A DNA stretch of 64,000 nucleotides from Eledone cirrhosa. Lineage: Eukaryota. The notes under the pieces are model-generated. The model worked only from the letters and a program-made list of their open reading frames with translations, did not search any database and had not been told where the DNA came from. The position numbers and the translations under genes were made by a program. The DNA is taken from contig OZ024740.1 of NCBI GenBank assembly GCA_964016885.1, positions 209,684,001-209,748,000 on the forward strand, in the 5' to 3' direction. This document shows positions 24,930-37,395 of the stretch, one piece after another. Each line of letters begins with the position of its first letter. Position 1 is the stretch's first letter.

Positions 24930-25095
24930 AGCGAGGTATATCGATGATATTTAGATATCAAAGCCAGTAAAAAGCTCCGTCAATATTTAAAGTCTTCAGA
25001 AGGACCTCGATGCCATATAGAAATAGGCTGGAGAAAACGACATGAAATTCAATACAGAGAAGTTTCAAGTGCTTCGCTCTAAGTCCTCCAACACA
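24930..25095 (+). pseudogene. CR1/L2-type RT C-terminal fragment
   Basis: RYIDDI...SLQKDLDAI...ENDMKFNTEKFQVL. Confidence 0.65.
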
Positions 25096-25159
25096 GCACA
25101 TACTTAATTTGTTTTTGAAATCTACCACATTCGGGGGAAATCGTCTCTGGTGATGAAAC

Positions 25160-25327
25160 ACAAGAGATCTCCTACCCACTTTGGGGTGGGTGAGAGATGT
25201 CTTCTCTTGTGAAAATGGGTATAGCTTTCATTATGTAAAATCTCCCCATTTTGCCTCATTTCTCCCCGTTTTGGGGCACTTTTTTCGTGGTACTCCCCGT
25301 TTGGATCTTTAGAAGTTGGCAGGTCTG
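25160..25327. mobile_element. MITE copy lacking left TIR (family of 42406-42598)
   Basis: Near-identical to 42436-42598. Confidence 0.8.
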
Positions 25328-25741
25328 GTACTATTCTGGGTGACGTCATCATTTCCAGTAATCAAACGCCTAATATCAAAGATGGTATGCCCTCCAATGG
25401 AGGTAGTGGTAAATTATGTGTGCAGTGGTGTGCTGAACACCAAAAACTGTTTGGAAGCCCATCGGATGGATGGGTGTACATGTAATTCAGAAAACCAACC
25501 TTGTCAGACACTGTGATATTCTGTAAACACCAAAAACTGCATATATCAATCTGCATAGTGCGCTTCTAGCATTGCATGCGTTTGAAAATGTTTTTGTTTT
25601 AGTTTTATATTTAGCTTTGTTTTTCTTTTATTGATATTTTATTGAATTTAAATTTCCTACGATTTTCAGCATTAGATTGAACGTCTTCCTGTATCATCTC
25701 CTTCCTTCTCAACATTCTATTGTCATTTAATGACTCGCTAT

Positions 25742-26298
25742 GGTACACTTCTTCACTTTTCGTTTTACTAACTAGTACTAATTCCTATCTCTAAATGTAT
25801 ATACACACACACATACAGGACTTTGTCCATGAGTCAGCTGAAAAGACGGGCAGGTGAAAGGCATGGGGGATGTGAAGTGAAGGATGTCAATTTTGTTCTG
25901 TTTTTTATTATAAAACATTCAAAAGGTTTTATTAAATCGAATTACATAATATCCAATATCTAGAAAATAGGATTTAATAAAAACAATACATACTATAAGA
26001 GATAGGAATTAGTACTAGTTAGTAAAACGAAAAGTGAAGAAGTGTACAATCTTCACTTCTCGTTTTACTAACTAGTACTAATTCCTATCTCTTATAGTAT
26101 GTATTGTTTTTATTAAATCCCATTTTCTAGATATTGGATATTATGTAATTCTATTAAATAAAACCTTTTGAATGTTTTATAATAAAAAACAGAACAAAAT
26201 TGACATCGCTTCACTTCACATCCCCCATGCCTTTCACCTGCCCGTCTTTTCAGCTGACTCATGGACAAAGTCCTGTATGTGTGTGTGTATATATATTT
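25742..26298. repeat. Local inverted triplication A - rc(AB) - AB
   Basis: 25792-26048 is the reverse complement of 25742-25791 plus 26092-26298. About 42 bp is directly repeated at 25750-25791 and 26051-26091. Confidence 0.9.
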
Positions 26299-26329
26299 GT
26301 ATGTGTGTATGTGTATGTATACGTGTGTG

Positions 26330-26393
<64 letters not shown>

Positions 26394-26681
26394 ATGAGAT
26401 AGATAGAGAGAGAGATAGATAGATAAAATAGAGAGAGAGAGTGTGTGTGTGTGTGTGTGTGTTGCATGAATGTACAATAGACAATCATCCAATTATGAGA
26501 CCCCATCCCTCTGTTTAGCCAATCATATGCCTTCTCGGTCAGTAGTTCTTCCCCGCCATTCAGTTTTTTTTTTCTGTGTGAGAAACCGGTTGCACGCCTG
26601 GGATCAGCAGAGAAACGGACAATTGGATCAGTTGAAATAAATTATAAATACATAAATATACGCAAAGCGTAAACGGAAACA

Positions 26682-26726
<45 letters not shown>

Positions 26727-26771
26727 ATAGTGTGTGTATGTATTTGTGTTTGCAGGTTGCGCGCGTGCGCG

Positions 26772-27075
<304 letters not shown>

Positions 27076-28689
27076 ATGTATATATATATATATATATAAC
27101 AAGATAATACCAGTTACTAAAAGCATTTTCTATTTGGATTCCAAACTAACCGGATATTTATGCCAAGCCATGCCAATATCTATAAACTATTTCCGTTTTC
27201 AGAGCTACACAATGAGATGCTAAAATATAGACATAAAAAACGGAATAAGGAAGATAAATACATAAATATTATATAAAAACAACTTCATAAAAGGAATGTA
27301 GCTTGAATTATTTTCTCAACCATCAGAGCATAGTCCAATATGAGTAGAAATGTGAATGATGTTGAAGTACAAAGATGTATGTCTGTATATCCTCCCTACT
27401 TATAATATATTTATTTGTTTGTTTAATTTTGTTTTGGGAGCTACTTAAATCATCACTGTATCACACACGTGCGTGACATGAGTTCGTTTCCGGACCTGGT
27501 TTGACACAATCTCCTGTTTTACAGATATTCCTAAAGATGGGTTGAAAGTATTGTACGGCCGGCCACCTGTGAGCTTCACAATGTTACACTGCTGGTTTTG
27601 CATCAAGGGTAGAAAAATATATGAAAACTAACATTAAAAACAAAAACAACAACAAAATAAATAAATAAATAGATAAATGAATAAATAAATAAATAAATAA
27701 AGTGTAATCCTAGTCGTCCTGAAATATTTTTCAATGCAACATTGATTATAAGAACGACCATTTTCTGTGAAATGATGAAAGCTATATTAAAATATAAATC
27801 TGGTTTATCAGGCCCTTTGTTGAAATGGCTGCCGAAAGGAAACAGAATGAATGAAGTAGTCTCTATCATAGTAACTTCCTTTTTAGGGAGGATTGCTTTG
27901 TTTTTGGTTATAAATTCTGGATAAGACTTAAGTATTCTATAATAAAATACTCATCAACCTTTCATAACACACTTCAGGCATATATATTACACTAAACAAC
28001 GCAAGTCATTTTCAAAACACGGTTTCATGGTAACGATTTACGTCTATAAAAATTGACAAGTATAATCGAGAAAATCAAACAGCTACTTAGTTATATTGGT
28101 TTAAAGTATTGTATCAACAAGCTACCAGGATCTCATCTTGGCCAATGAAATATAAAATGTCCGTCTCTATTTGAATATCAAAAACGGTGTTTAATCTTGT
28201 AATAAATATAATCGATAGTCATTGAGAAAAAGTCCAATTTTTCACCAAAGCTTGTTTAATGGCGGTGAAGGATATAGATTAAAATAAACGATAACAAAAC
28301 ATGCCATGGCCTCAGCCTCACGGCTAGGACACGTAATAGAGTAATAGAGTAATATTCTCACTTTGCTTTCGAATTAAGGAAAACTTCATGGGAAAATATT
28401 TGTAGCGAATATAGACTAAAATGGAAATCTATAGAGTTTCATTGCAGTTCATTTTGTTACCTTTTAATGGCTTCAGTTATTTGAATCTGAATTGATAAGT
28501 TTCTTTCGTTTGCACATTTCATTTTGGCAATTTACAACAGTGAAGTGCCTTCTGATCTCATCATTCAAAACTCTTCATGCTGTTCTGAAGAAACACCTCA
28601 GCTCAACGGTATTTCAGATATTCCCAAATACAATAGGCCAATGATAAGCTTGGTGGAAACTCTACAATTCAATTCCGGTAAACGAGTAA

Positions 28690-28985
28690 TTGTAATAACG
28701 TGTTCTACTTTTGGCACAAGGGCAGCAATTTGGTGGGTGGCAGAGGTAAGTCGATTCTATCTATTCTAGTACATGACTGGTGCTATATTTTATCGACCCC
28801 AGAAGGATGAAAGGCAAAGTTGACCTTAGCAGAATTTGAACTAAATATCGCGAAATATCTTATCCTACACTCTAACGATTCTGCCAACCCCCACCCAGAG
28901 TAATTTTAATAATTCTTACTGGTATAGGTCACAAGACCAACAATTTAGGGGAAGAGTAAAGTCGATTATATCGACGCCAGTGCTT
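28690..28985 (-). mobile_element. SINE family 1 copies (one near-complete, one 3' fragment)
   Basis: GGCACAAGG.CAGCAATT...TATCGACCCC.GAAGGATGAAAGGCAAAGTTGACC. Confidence 0.8.
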
Positions 28986-29169
28986 ACCCGACGCCATAAT
29001 GACTCAGCTATGTTACACTTGTATTTTATAGTTGTAAGCTGTTTCTGGTATTACTATGGAAGGTGTGTTTATGCTGACATTTAGAAATCTGGTAACGACT
29101 AGAAATATTTCTGTTTTGAAAGAATCTTTATATTCCAGATATGAAGAGTAGTCAATATGTTATTTGTAA

Positions 29170-29490
29170 TGTTGCGTAGCTTAGTGGTTACGGTCTTCTG
29201 TTTACGATTATCAGGTTGTGTTCAATTCTAGGCATTTCGTTGTTTCATTAAATAAGACATTTGATTTCAGGTTGCTCCAGTCAACTCAGCTGGCAAAAAT
29301 TAGGTGCACCTGTGATTCAAAAGGCTGTCTTGTCACACTTGTGTCGTAATGGATCTCCCTGAAAACTACATTAAGAGTACACGTGTCTGTGGAATGCTCA
29401 GCCACATTCTCGTTAATTTCACGATCAGGTTGTTCCATTGCTCGATCAACTGGAACATTCATCGCCAGAAGCGACGGAGGTCCCACAACA
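29170..29490 (+). mobile_element. tRNA-derived SINE (family 2/3 type)
   Basis: GCGTAGCTTAGTGGTTA (A-box), GTTCAATTC (B-box), GTTGCTCCAGT..ACTCAGCTG body. Confidence 0.7.
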
Positions 29491-29827
29491 ATATAGTATT
29501 TAAGTGGGTGCATCAAATAAAACAGATTTGAAGGACCATTCTTGTTCACTTGCGATGTGATTCAACAACTGTTGTTATTTGAAAGGGCTAAGAACCACAT
29601 AAATAGGTAAAGCTATTCTGTTAGAACTGTTCTTATGAGTTTCTGTAAAAGTAAAACAAGCAATTAACCAATAGCATCAAGATATTTCCTTTGCTCACCT
29701 TAAGGAAGAAGATGAATTGTTCTTTCTATTAACTTAGATATAGTGTTATCTGAGTTTATATATATATATATATATATAGTAAAAAATTGAACGGGAACAA
29801 AACAGAGAGGCAGTACGAACAAAGGTT

Positions 29828-29889
<62 letters not shown>

Positions 29890-30020
29890 AAGTCCAAAAT
29901 TAAGATAAATCAATTAAATGAATTTAATCTAAATCGAAATCATGGGTGTCATGACAAAAAGCATGCGCCAATATATCCTGAGAATTTAAGCTCAAAGATA
30001 AATACATCTGAGCATATTAT

Positions 30021-30389
30021 AATAACTAGAGATTGATTAATATAAACTATTTCTAGTTGTCGAAAACCTTTTCACGCCACTGAAACGAAACCGCTATCTT
30101 GTGTGGACGCAACACGTGGTAACGGATAGTTGAAGATTTGATCTCGCCCTGTAAGCTCGAATAGCTGGATTTATTATCAATTCCTTGTTGACAATCCAAT
30201 AATATCCACTTTCCGTGACTTACCATCTGATTAATTGGTGAAATATATTTCTTTAATGGGATATATACAAGGAATGTTAATCACTTTTATAGGTAAATAT
30301 TGCCTAAACTAGCTATGCGCCGTTACACGCAAGCTTGAATTATCTCCTGTGATTATTCATGTATTTTTATATGTTAATCAATCTCTAGT

Positions 30390-30392
<3 letters not shown>
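30021..30392. mobile_element. TA-flanked island with ~30-bp terminal inverted repeat (probable PLE end pair)
   Basis: AATAACTAGAGATTGATTAA at 30021 and its reverse complement ending at 30392. Confidence 0.6.
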
Positions 30393-30445
<53 letters not shown>

Positions 30446-30447
<2 letters not shown>

Positions 30448-30759
30448 CGAAGGAAATGTGGTAAGGAACCAGGTGGACCATAACGCACCAAAGTACTCAA
30501 TACTTAGGATAGTAGAGTGGGAAATAGGAACGAGTAGGACCCCGACGGCTGAGCTCAAGCCGTTTCGACGGCTAATTCTGGACTCAGTCCAGAATTAGCC
30601 GTCGAAACGGCTTGAGCTCAGCCGTCGGGGTCCTACTCGTTCCTATATATATATATATGAAAATGTTTAACCCCGACGGCAGAGCTCAAGCCGTTTCGAC
30701 GCCTATTTCTGGACTCTGGTGCGTTATGGTCCATCTGGTTCCTTACCACACTTCCTTCG

Positions 30760-30761
<2 letters not shown>
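30446..30761. mobile_element. Nested palindromic PLE-like islands between (TA)n tracts carrying a hammerhead 3' half
   Basis: Outer inverted repeat 30446-30490/30717-30761. Perfect 61-bp-arm palindrome 30524-30646. GAAACGGC-TTGAGCTCA-GCCGTC at 30604-30626. Confidence 0.8.
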
Positions 30762-30811
<50 letters not shown>

Positions 30812-30929
30812 AGAAATATATATATATGAAAACAGGGAGAAAGAGACGATTATGAGGAAGAAAAATATTATTTTTTCCTTTTTTTGTTTCTCTCTCTCTC
30901 TTTTCTGGGTTAGAAAATGATTAAAACGA

Positions 30930-31667
30930 AATGTTTTACTTTGTGAAGTGTTAAGGTATTAGTTGATTTATTTATTATTTAACAATGGCATTTATTTATC
31001 TATTTATATATTTAATTATTGTCTATTACCGGTTTCAGCATTTATATGCATTATCAGATGATAGTGAAATGTATTAGTGTGGTGTCGCAGTGTCGCACAT
31101 GTTAAACAGAGGTTCAGAAAGAATAATGTTATTTACAAACAAGGTTTAAGAAGTGAAAAGAAAAAAGAAAAAGGAAAAAAAAAACGTACATAATGTGGAA
31201 CGTAAAAGTCAATGTGGAAGAAAAAATAATGTTATTTACAAGCACAGTCATTAAAGTTAAGCAGTTCAAAATGTGTTAATATCGCAAGAGTGCTTAGTTG
31301 AACCATGGTTCCGTGAAGGAGGCAAATGGTGGACTGTGGTTTGATATGATTTCCATTTTTAGAGAGTTAATATGCAGGGCGAAGCAATTCTTGCTGGGTG
31401 ATATTTAATTTATTTAAGAAAAAGGATTAGGTAGAGTGTGAGGGAGGTAACTCTTGTAAATGTTTGATGGTTTGTTGCGATTGGTCCGATTTTTAGAGCA
31501 TTGAGTAGTGGTTTAAATTTATTAATGAAATGTGTTTCCTTATTGGTACGTTGGATGAAAGTAGCGTTGTCTATGAATTTGTAAATGGGGAAAATTTTAA
31601 AGTTTGGATGTTGGTTGAGAGCACAATTGGCGATATGTTCACTAAATGCAATCTTTCTGTATTCCTG

Positions 31668-31668
<1 letters not shown>
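30930..31668 (-). mobile_element. Penelope-like 3' end: GIY-YIG C-terminus, 3' UTR and degenerate hammerhead
   Basis: Minus 31668-31495 reads RKIAFSEHIANCALNQHPNFKIFPIYKF...RTNKETHFINKFKPLLN. Minus 31066-31021 reads CTGATAA-TGCAT ATAA ATGC-T-GAAACCGGTA. Confidence 0.75.
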
Positions 31669-31729
<61 letters not shown>

Positions 31730-31764
31730 ATATATAATATATAATATATAATATAATATATAAT

Positions 31765-32000
31765 ATATAAGATCAAAAGATGGTTCCATGTATTTTATTA
31801 TGCGCATTTCAAAAACAAATATCATCATGCAATAACATTTGCGTTTTCGTCAGATAAAATAGGGAGACATGATTTTAACAAGTGTGTTTTAACCCTATTT
31901 TATCTGACGAAAACGCAAATGTTATTGCATGATGATATTTGTTTTTGAAATGCGCATAATAAAATACATGGAACTCTTTTAACCATCTTTTGATCTTATA
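31765..32000. repeat. Inverted repeat (~95-105-bp arms, ~27-nt spacer) bounded by TA tracts
   Basis: The arms are reverse complements except for a 9-bp indel. Confidence 0.92.
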
Positions 32001-32116
32001 TATATATATACTCCAGTCCTACAAACTGTAGAGTGCTACTTATCCGATATCTGCATTGTTTTATTGTACTACAATAATACTCACCTCCTACATATATATT
32101 TATATATATATATATA

Positions 32117-32254
32117 TGTAGGAAAAGAGTCAGGACACCGACAGCTGAGCTCCGACCGTTTCGGCAGCTAGATCCGAACTACTACCCTAAGTATTGAATA
32201 CTCTGGTGCATTATGGTCCACCTGGTACCTTACCACATGCTCTTTGTTATATAT

Positions 32255-32301
<47 letters not shown>

Positions 32302-32528
32302 GAGAGAGGGAGAGAGAGAGAGGGAGAGAGAGAGAGAGAGACAGAGAGATCAGGATTACCAGTTTTATACTAGTAACACCATTATTCAGCAGAAGAGTAC
32401 TCGATACTTGGGATAGTAGAGTGTAAATATATTAGTGAGTAGGGGCCTGACAGCCGAGCTCTTGGCGTTTCGACAGCAAATTCCAGATTGACGAAATGGT
32501 AAGAGCTCAGCCGTGGGGCCCCATCTAT

Positions 32529-32535
<7 letters not shown>
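32117..32535. mobile_element. Two further fold-back islands of the 30446 family (32117-32250, 32350-32535)
   Basis: Shared GACAGCTGAGCTC..CGTTTCG and TGGTGC.TTATGGTCCACCTGG segments in opposing orientations. Confidence 0.7.
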
Positions 32536-32563
<28 letters not shown>

Positions 32564-32724
32564 GCAAACATCAGGAATTATTTTTGAAAAGCATTAGAAA
32601 TGCGCAACCGGTAAAACTTAAAACCAAAACTGAATACTAACCAATACTATTACTAATTTTTACTTATTCCTAATTAAACTATTTTTCACTCGGAACAATT
32701 TGTCAGCATTTTCTTTTCCTTTTA

Positions 32725-32791
<67 letters not shown>

Positions 32792-33196
32792 GTTTACATA
32801 TATATATATATATATATATGTTTTGCAACGGGTCACTTTGTGGCTCAATGAAGAGTTAATAAATTAAATAATCAGAGCTATATATCATAAAACATGTCTA
32901 TAGAATCACCAGATAAATTATATACCGTTTCCTCTCCCAATTAGCATAATTAACCATATAAAAAATTCAATTAGACCAAGCTATAAGAATAAAAGCTCCT
33001 ATGAAGAAATCTCCGACAAATAACCGAAAGCATCCCTTCGCCGCGGTTGCGACGGAGTATTTATAGAGTATTTCGACAGCGTGTATAAATCGACCAGATA
33101 TACAGTCAACTAAACAGAATTAGGTGTAAAATAAACTAGAAGGAAAGTGAACATATTTAGTTACCTCTACCATGTTTTATGATATATATATATATA

Positions 33197-33395
33197 TAAT
33201 TGTTTCTACTTTAGGCACAAGGCCAGCAATTACCCAGTGCATTACTGGTACTTTATTTTATCGACCCCGTAAGGATGAAAGGCAAAGTCAACCTCGGCGG
33301 GATTTGAACTCAAATCGTAAAGGGACGTAACTATGCTAGAAAGCATGGCGTCCGAGCCTCTACCGATACTGCCAATCCTGCCAATCCACCGCCCT
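33197..33395 (-). mobile_element. SINE family 1, young subfamily
   Basis: Near-identical to 39609-39797 and 43436-43612. Confidence 0.9.
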
Positions 33396-33427
33396 ATAAT
33401 CTAATATATATATATATATATATATAA

Positions 33428-33479
<52 letters not shown>

Positions 33480-33497
33480 ATTCTCAGAGAGAGAAGG

Positions 33498-33562
<65 letters not shown>

Positions 33563-33981
33563 TACGAAATACGACGGCTGCAGCCTGTTGACGTCCGTCA
33601 AACCCATTACCAGTAATTGGAGCAGACTGGTTGTTGTTTTACTGGGAGGGCTGGGATATGGTTTCGAAGGAGGTGTTGGAATTTAATTGATGCCTACTGT
33701 GTTGTGGTATGGAGGGTAGGGTTGATTGTAGGATTAGGATTTGCGCTTGCTTGAGTTTGTAGATAGCATGGGTTTGGTTTAGGTTTGTTTACATTTTGGT
33801 TGAAACATATACGGTTATATATATCCCGTATCAAGCGTTAAACTAATATATTTCTACATTGTACTGTGTCGTTCGTTTGTTTTTTTATTTCTGTTTACTT
33901 GTGTGTGTGTGTGTATGTGTACATATATATGTGTGTGTGGTGTGTATATGTGTGTGTATCTGTGTGTGTGTGTGTGTGTAC

Positions 33982-34017
<36 letters not shown>

Positions 34018-34275
34018 CTGTATCTGTGTGTGTGTAGGATGTGAGCCAATTTGTGAAAGAATTCAGCCAGAAATTTTTGAATTTTATCCTCAAGACTTGC
34101 ATTCATATAACTTGTATAAACGGTTTTGAAATTTTGCCAGTCTAATATAATTCTAATTCACCTTTATAGTCATACGTTCATTATAGAGGTTGTCTTGCAG
34201 GACTCACAGCCCTTGTATTCTGTATTTGTCACTTACTCTTTGTAGTCACCAGACTCTTAAACCAATTATAGAAGT

Positions 34276-34762
34276 CACAGTGCCGGCCACCTTCCACGCC
34301 ATGCTGCCCTCAACGGGATCATAAAGCATGGCTTGGACGCTGCAGGCTTCCCTTCCCAGCTAGAGCCGGTGGGGCTGGACCGAGGGGACGGCAAAAGGCC
34401 AGATGACATGACCATCTTGCCGTTCCGCGGTGGCAAACCCCTCGTCTGGGATGCCACTTGCTCTGACACTTTCTGCAGCCGCAACCTGGTGCAGTCTGCG
34501 ACTGACCCAGGTTCTGCTGCACGTCGGGCTGAGGAGGGTAAACTCCTCAAATACCGGTCGCTCTCCGACAGGTTTGCGGTTGTACCCCTGGCAGTGGAGA
34601 CTTCTGGTGTCCTCGGCCCCTGGGCTACCTCCCTACTCACCACCATAGGCGCTGAGCTGGCCAGCCGCAGGTATGAGCCCCGCGAGTTGGAGTGGCTTTT
34701 CCAGCGCGTCTCCCTTGCCGTCCTCCGGGGAAACGCCTTTTCCATTCTGTCCGCCGGGGCTG
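34276..34762 (+). mobile_element. CRE-clade non-LTR retrotransposon C-terminal restriction-like endonuclease fragment
   Basis: RHAALN..I...LEPVGLDRGDGKRPDD.T..P...GK.L.WDATC.DT...AARRAE..K..KY...PLAVETSG..G...LFQRVSLAVLRGNA; GC-rich island. Confidence 0.85.
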
Positions 34763-34879
34763 TGGGTGTGTGTGTGTGGGGGGGGGGGGGAAATCACGCA
34801 TCATTCCACTGAAACAAGTTTTTAAAGTTATTATGAGAGATAGAAGTCACGTCTCTATGAAGGCAGTATTCTGTGTAAG

Positions 34880-35505
34880 AATACTTTCTAACATTGACAC
34901 AAGGTCAACAATTTTTTGGAGGAGGGAGCGGTGGGGATCGATTATATTGACTTCATTTTCGATTATATTGACTTTATTTTATTGACCTGGGAAGGATGAA
35001 AGGAAAAGTTGACGTAGAATGTCGTAACTAAATACCACAAAGTATTTTGTAAGACGCTCTACCGATTAACCGATACTGCAAACCCACCGCCCTTTAGTTT
35101 TCTTTCTAGCCTGGCACAAGGTCAGCAATTTGGGTGGAGATGAAAGTCGATTATATTAACCTGAGTACGTTACTGGTACTTTATTTTATCGATCGTGGAA
35201 TGACGAAAGATAACCTTGGTGGGATTTGAACTCAGAATGTTAAGGGACGTAACTATATGCAGTAAAGCATTTTGTCCGACGCTCTACCGATACTGTTAAT
35301 CCGCCATCTTTGTTTTTTGTGTTATATTGGTTTCTTATATAGGCACAAGGCCAGCAATTTTGGGGAGTTGATTAAATTGACCCCAGTAAGGATGAAAAGC
35401 AAAGTTAACCTCGGCGGGATTTGAACTCAGATCATAAAGGGCCGTAACTCTATGCTGCAAAGCATGGTGTCCGACGCTCTACCGATACTGCCAATCCGCC
35501 GCCCT
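34880..35505 (-). mobile_element. Three tandem SINE family 1 copies
   Basis: Repeated GCACAAGG.CAGCAATTT...GGGATTTGAACTCAG...CGCTCTACCGAT units at ~34880, ~35100, ~35325. Confidence 0.85.
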
Positions 35506-35760
35506 TGTTTTCTGTGTAATATTAAAAAGTCGTTTGATGGTTTGCAATGTGGTACAAGGAAGACAGAGAGGAAAACAACAATAACAAACATCAATACTGA
35601 AAGAGGCGAAATGTGTATGTATGTATGCTTGGCTTGCGTGCGTGTATGTGTTTGAGAGGGAGGAGGAAATTGAGAGATAGATAGATATGCATAGAGAGAG
35701 TGTGTGTGTGAGAGAGAGAGAGAGAGAGAAAAGAGAGGGAAGAGAGAGAGAGAGAGAGAG

Positions 35761-35796
<36 letters not shown>

Positions 35797-36024
35797 GAAA
35801 TGGCATCTAAGGACAGCTAACTTTAGATCGTGACAAAATGGTTACGATTGAGGTAGAATTTCAACAAAATATAAGTGGTAAATGTTGGAAGCTGTTTCAT
35901 AGGAGTATGTAATCCTTTCACATCGGTACCCACAAATGTACTTTGACTCTAGGGAGTAAAAAAAAAAGTATCATCGTCATCATCACATCATCATCATCAT
36001 CATTATCATCTCGTCGTCATTAAA

Positions 36025-36190
36025 CAGGCGGCAAATAGATAGAGTCGTTAGAACGTCAGATAGAAAACTTTGGATTCCGTTCCTGCTCTCTGAGCTCAGT
36101 ATTCAAATCCCGCCGAGGTCAGTTTTGCCTTTCGCCCTTTCGAAGTCGATAATAAAGTGTACCAGTCTAATGCTGGGGATCGACTGTCCC
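36025..36190 (+). mobile_element. SINE family 1 5' part
   Basis: GGCGG...TTCAAATCCCGCCGAGGTC..TTTGCCTTTC. Confidence 0.7.
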
Positions 36191-36365
36191 TCTATATCGC
36201 TTCCACACTTCACCCACCTCTCTGTTTCTCCTCTTCCCTGGAAGAAATCTGCTGTGTTCAGACCTGGAGGAAGAAATGGGCCCCACCAGATTTAAAAAAA
36301 AAACGCTCAAGAAATGCCTTATGTCACTACAGCGTCCTTATGAGTTACAGTTCCATGCATACACA

Positions 36366-36563
36366 CGAGGGTGGGCTGAAAAATTCATAGACTGACTATG
36401 AAGGAGTGATGCTAGAGCTGTGAAATCTTGCATATATTAATTTCAACTCTTCTTACTAATAACAGCTTCGTTTCTTTCTAGAGGCTATGTTGAAACATAA
36501 ATCTCATTTGGTCACTCCATGAGAGTATCTTGATCAGCCTATGAATTTTTCGGCCGACCCTCG
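36366..36563. mobile_element. Mariner-type MITE
   Basis: ~30-bp TIR CGAGGGTGGGCTGAAAAATTCATAG.CTGA / TCAGCCTATGAATTTTTCGGCCGACCCTCG. Confidence 0.8.
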
Positions 36564-36599
36564 TCGGAATCAAATATCAACAATATGTATCCATGCCCT

Positions 36600-36862
36600 A
36601 GTGCGCTGCAAGCTGGGCGTTGAGCTGATGTTTATCCCGGTCTCATGGCGTGAAGCGACTGAGAGCACAAGCCCCCCCCCCTCTGGACAGGACGCCAGTC
36701 CATCAAAGGGTTAAACCCCAGCTATTACTGGTACTCATTTTCAGCTGAGTATACTGGAACAACATGAAATGAAGTGTTTTGATCAAGAACACAACACACA
36801 AACCAGCCCAGGAATCGAACTATCGTAAGTCCAACACCCTTTCCACTAGGTCACGTGCCTTC
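36600..36862 (-). mobile_element. tRNA-derived SINE family 3
   Basis: Minus strand: GCACGTGACCTAGTGG (A-box), TTCGATTCC (B-box), TTGATCAAAACACTT body. 3' part recurs at ~39925-40000. Confidence 0.7.
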
Positions 36863-37058
36863 TATCAACAATATAGATACCAGTAATAAACATACGTTAA
36901 ATCATATTAGGGGCTTTGTTTTATTCTTATTAACGGCTTTTTTTTTTTACTTTTAATTCAGTGATTTTGTTTTTATTAAACAGTAAATACCAGTCAAATA
37001 ATTTGTCAATGTAATCAACTGTACTCTTCACTCCAAAAATTCCTGGCATTTTCTTTCC

Positions 37059-37113
<55 letters not shown>

Positions 37114-37336
37114 TGTTTGTGTGTGTGGGTATGGTGTGTGTGTGTGTATCTGTATGCATGTGTGTATCTGTATGCATGTGTGTGTGTTAGTGTGTGTATG
37201 TGTGTGTATGTGTGGGTATATGTGTGTGTGAATGCGTGTATGTGTATGTGTATGTGTGTGTATATGTGTGTATGTGAATGTGTATGTACAGGGGTGTGTG
37301 TGTATCTTTCTTTCTTCTCCCTCTTCTCTTTTACTT

Positions 37337-37395
<59 letters not shown>

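Noticed and set aside
33197-33395. tRNA gene
   Set aside because: A/B boxes belong to SINE heads; no cloverleaf could be built.
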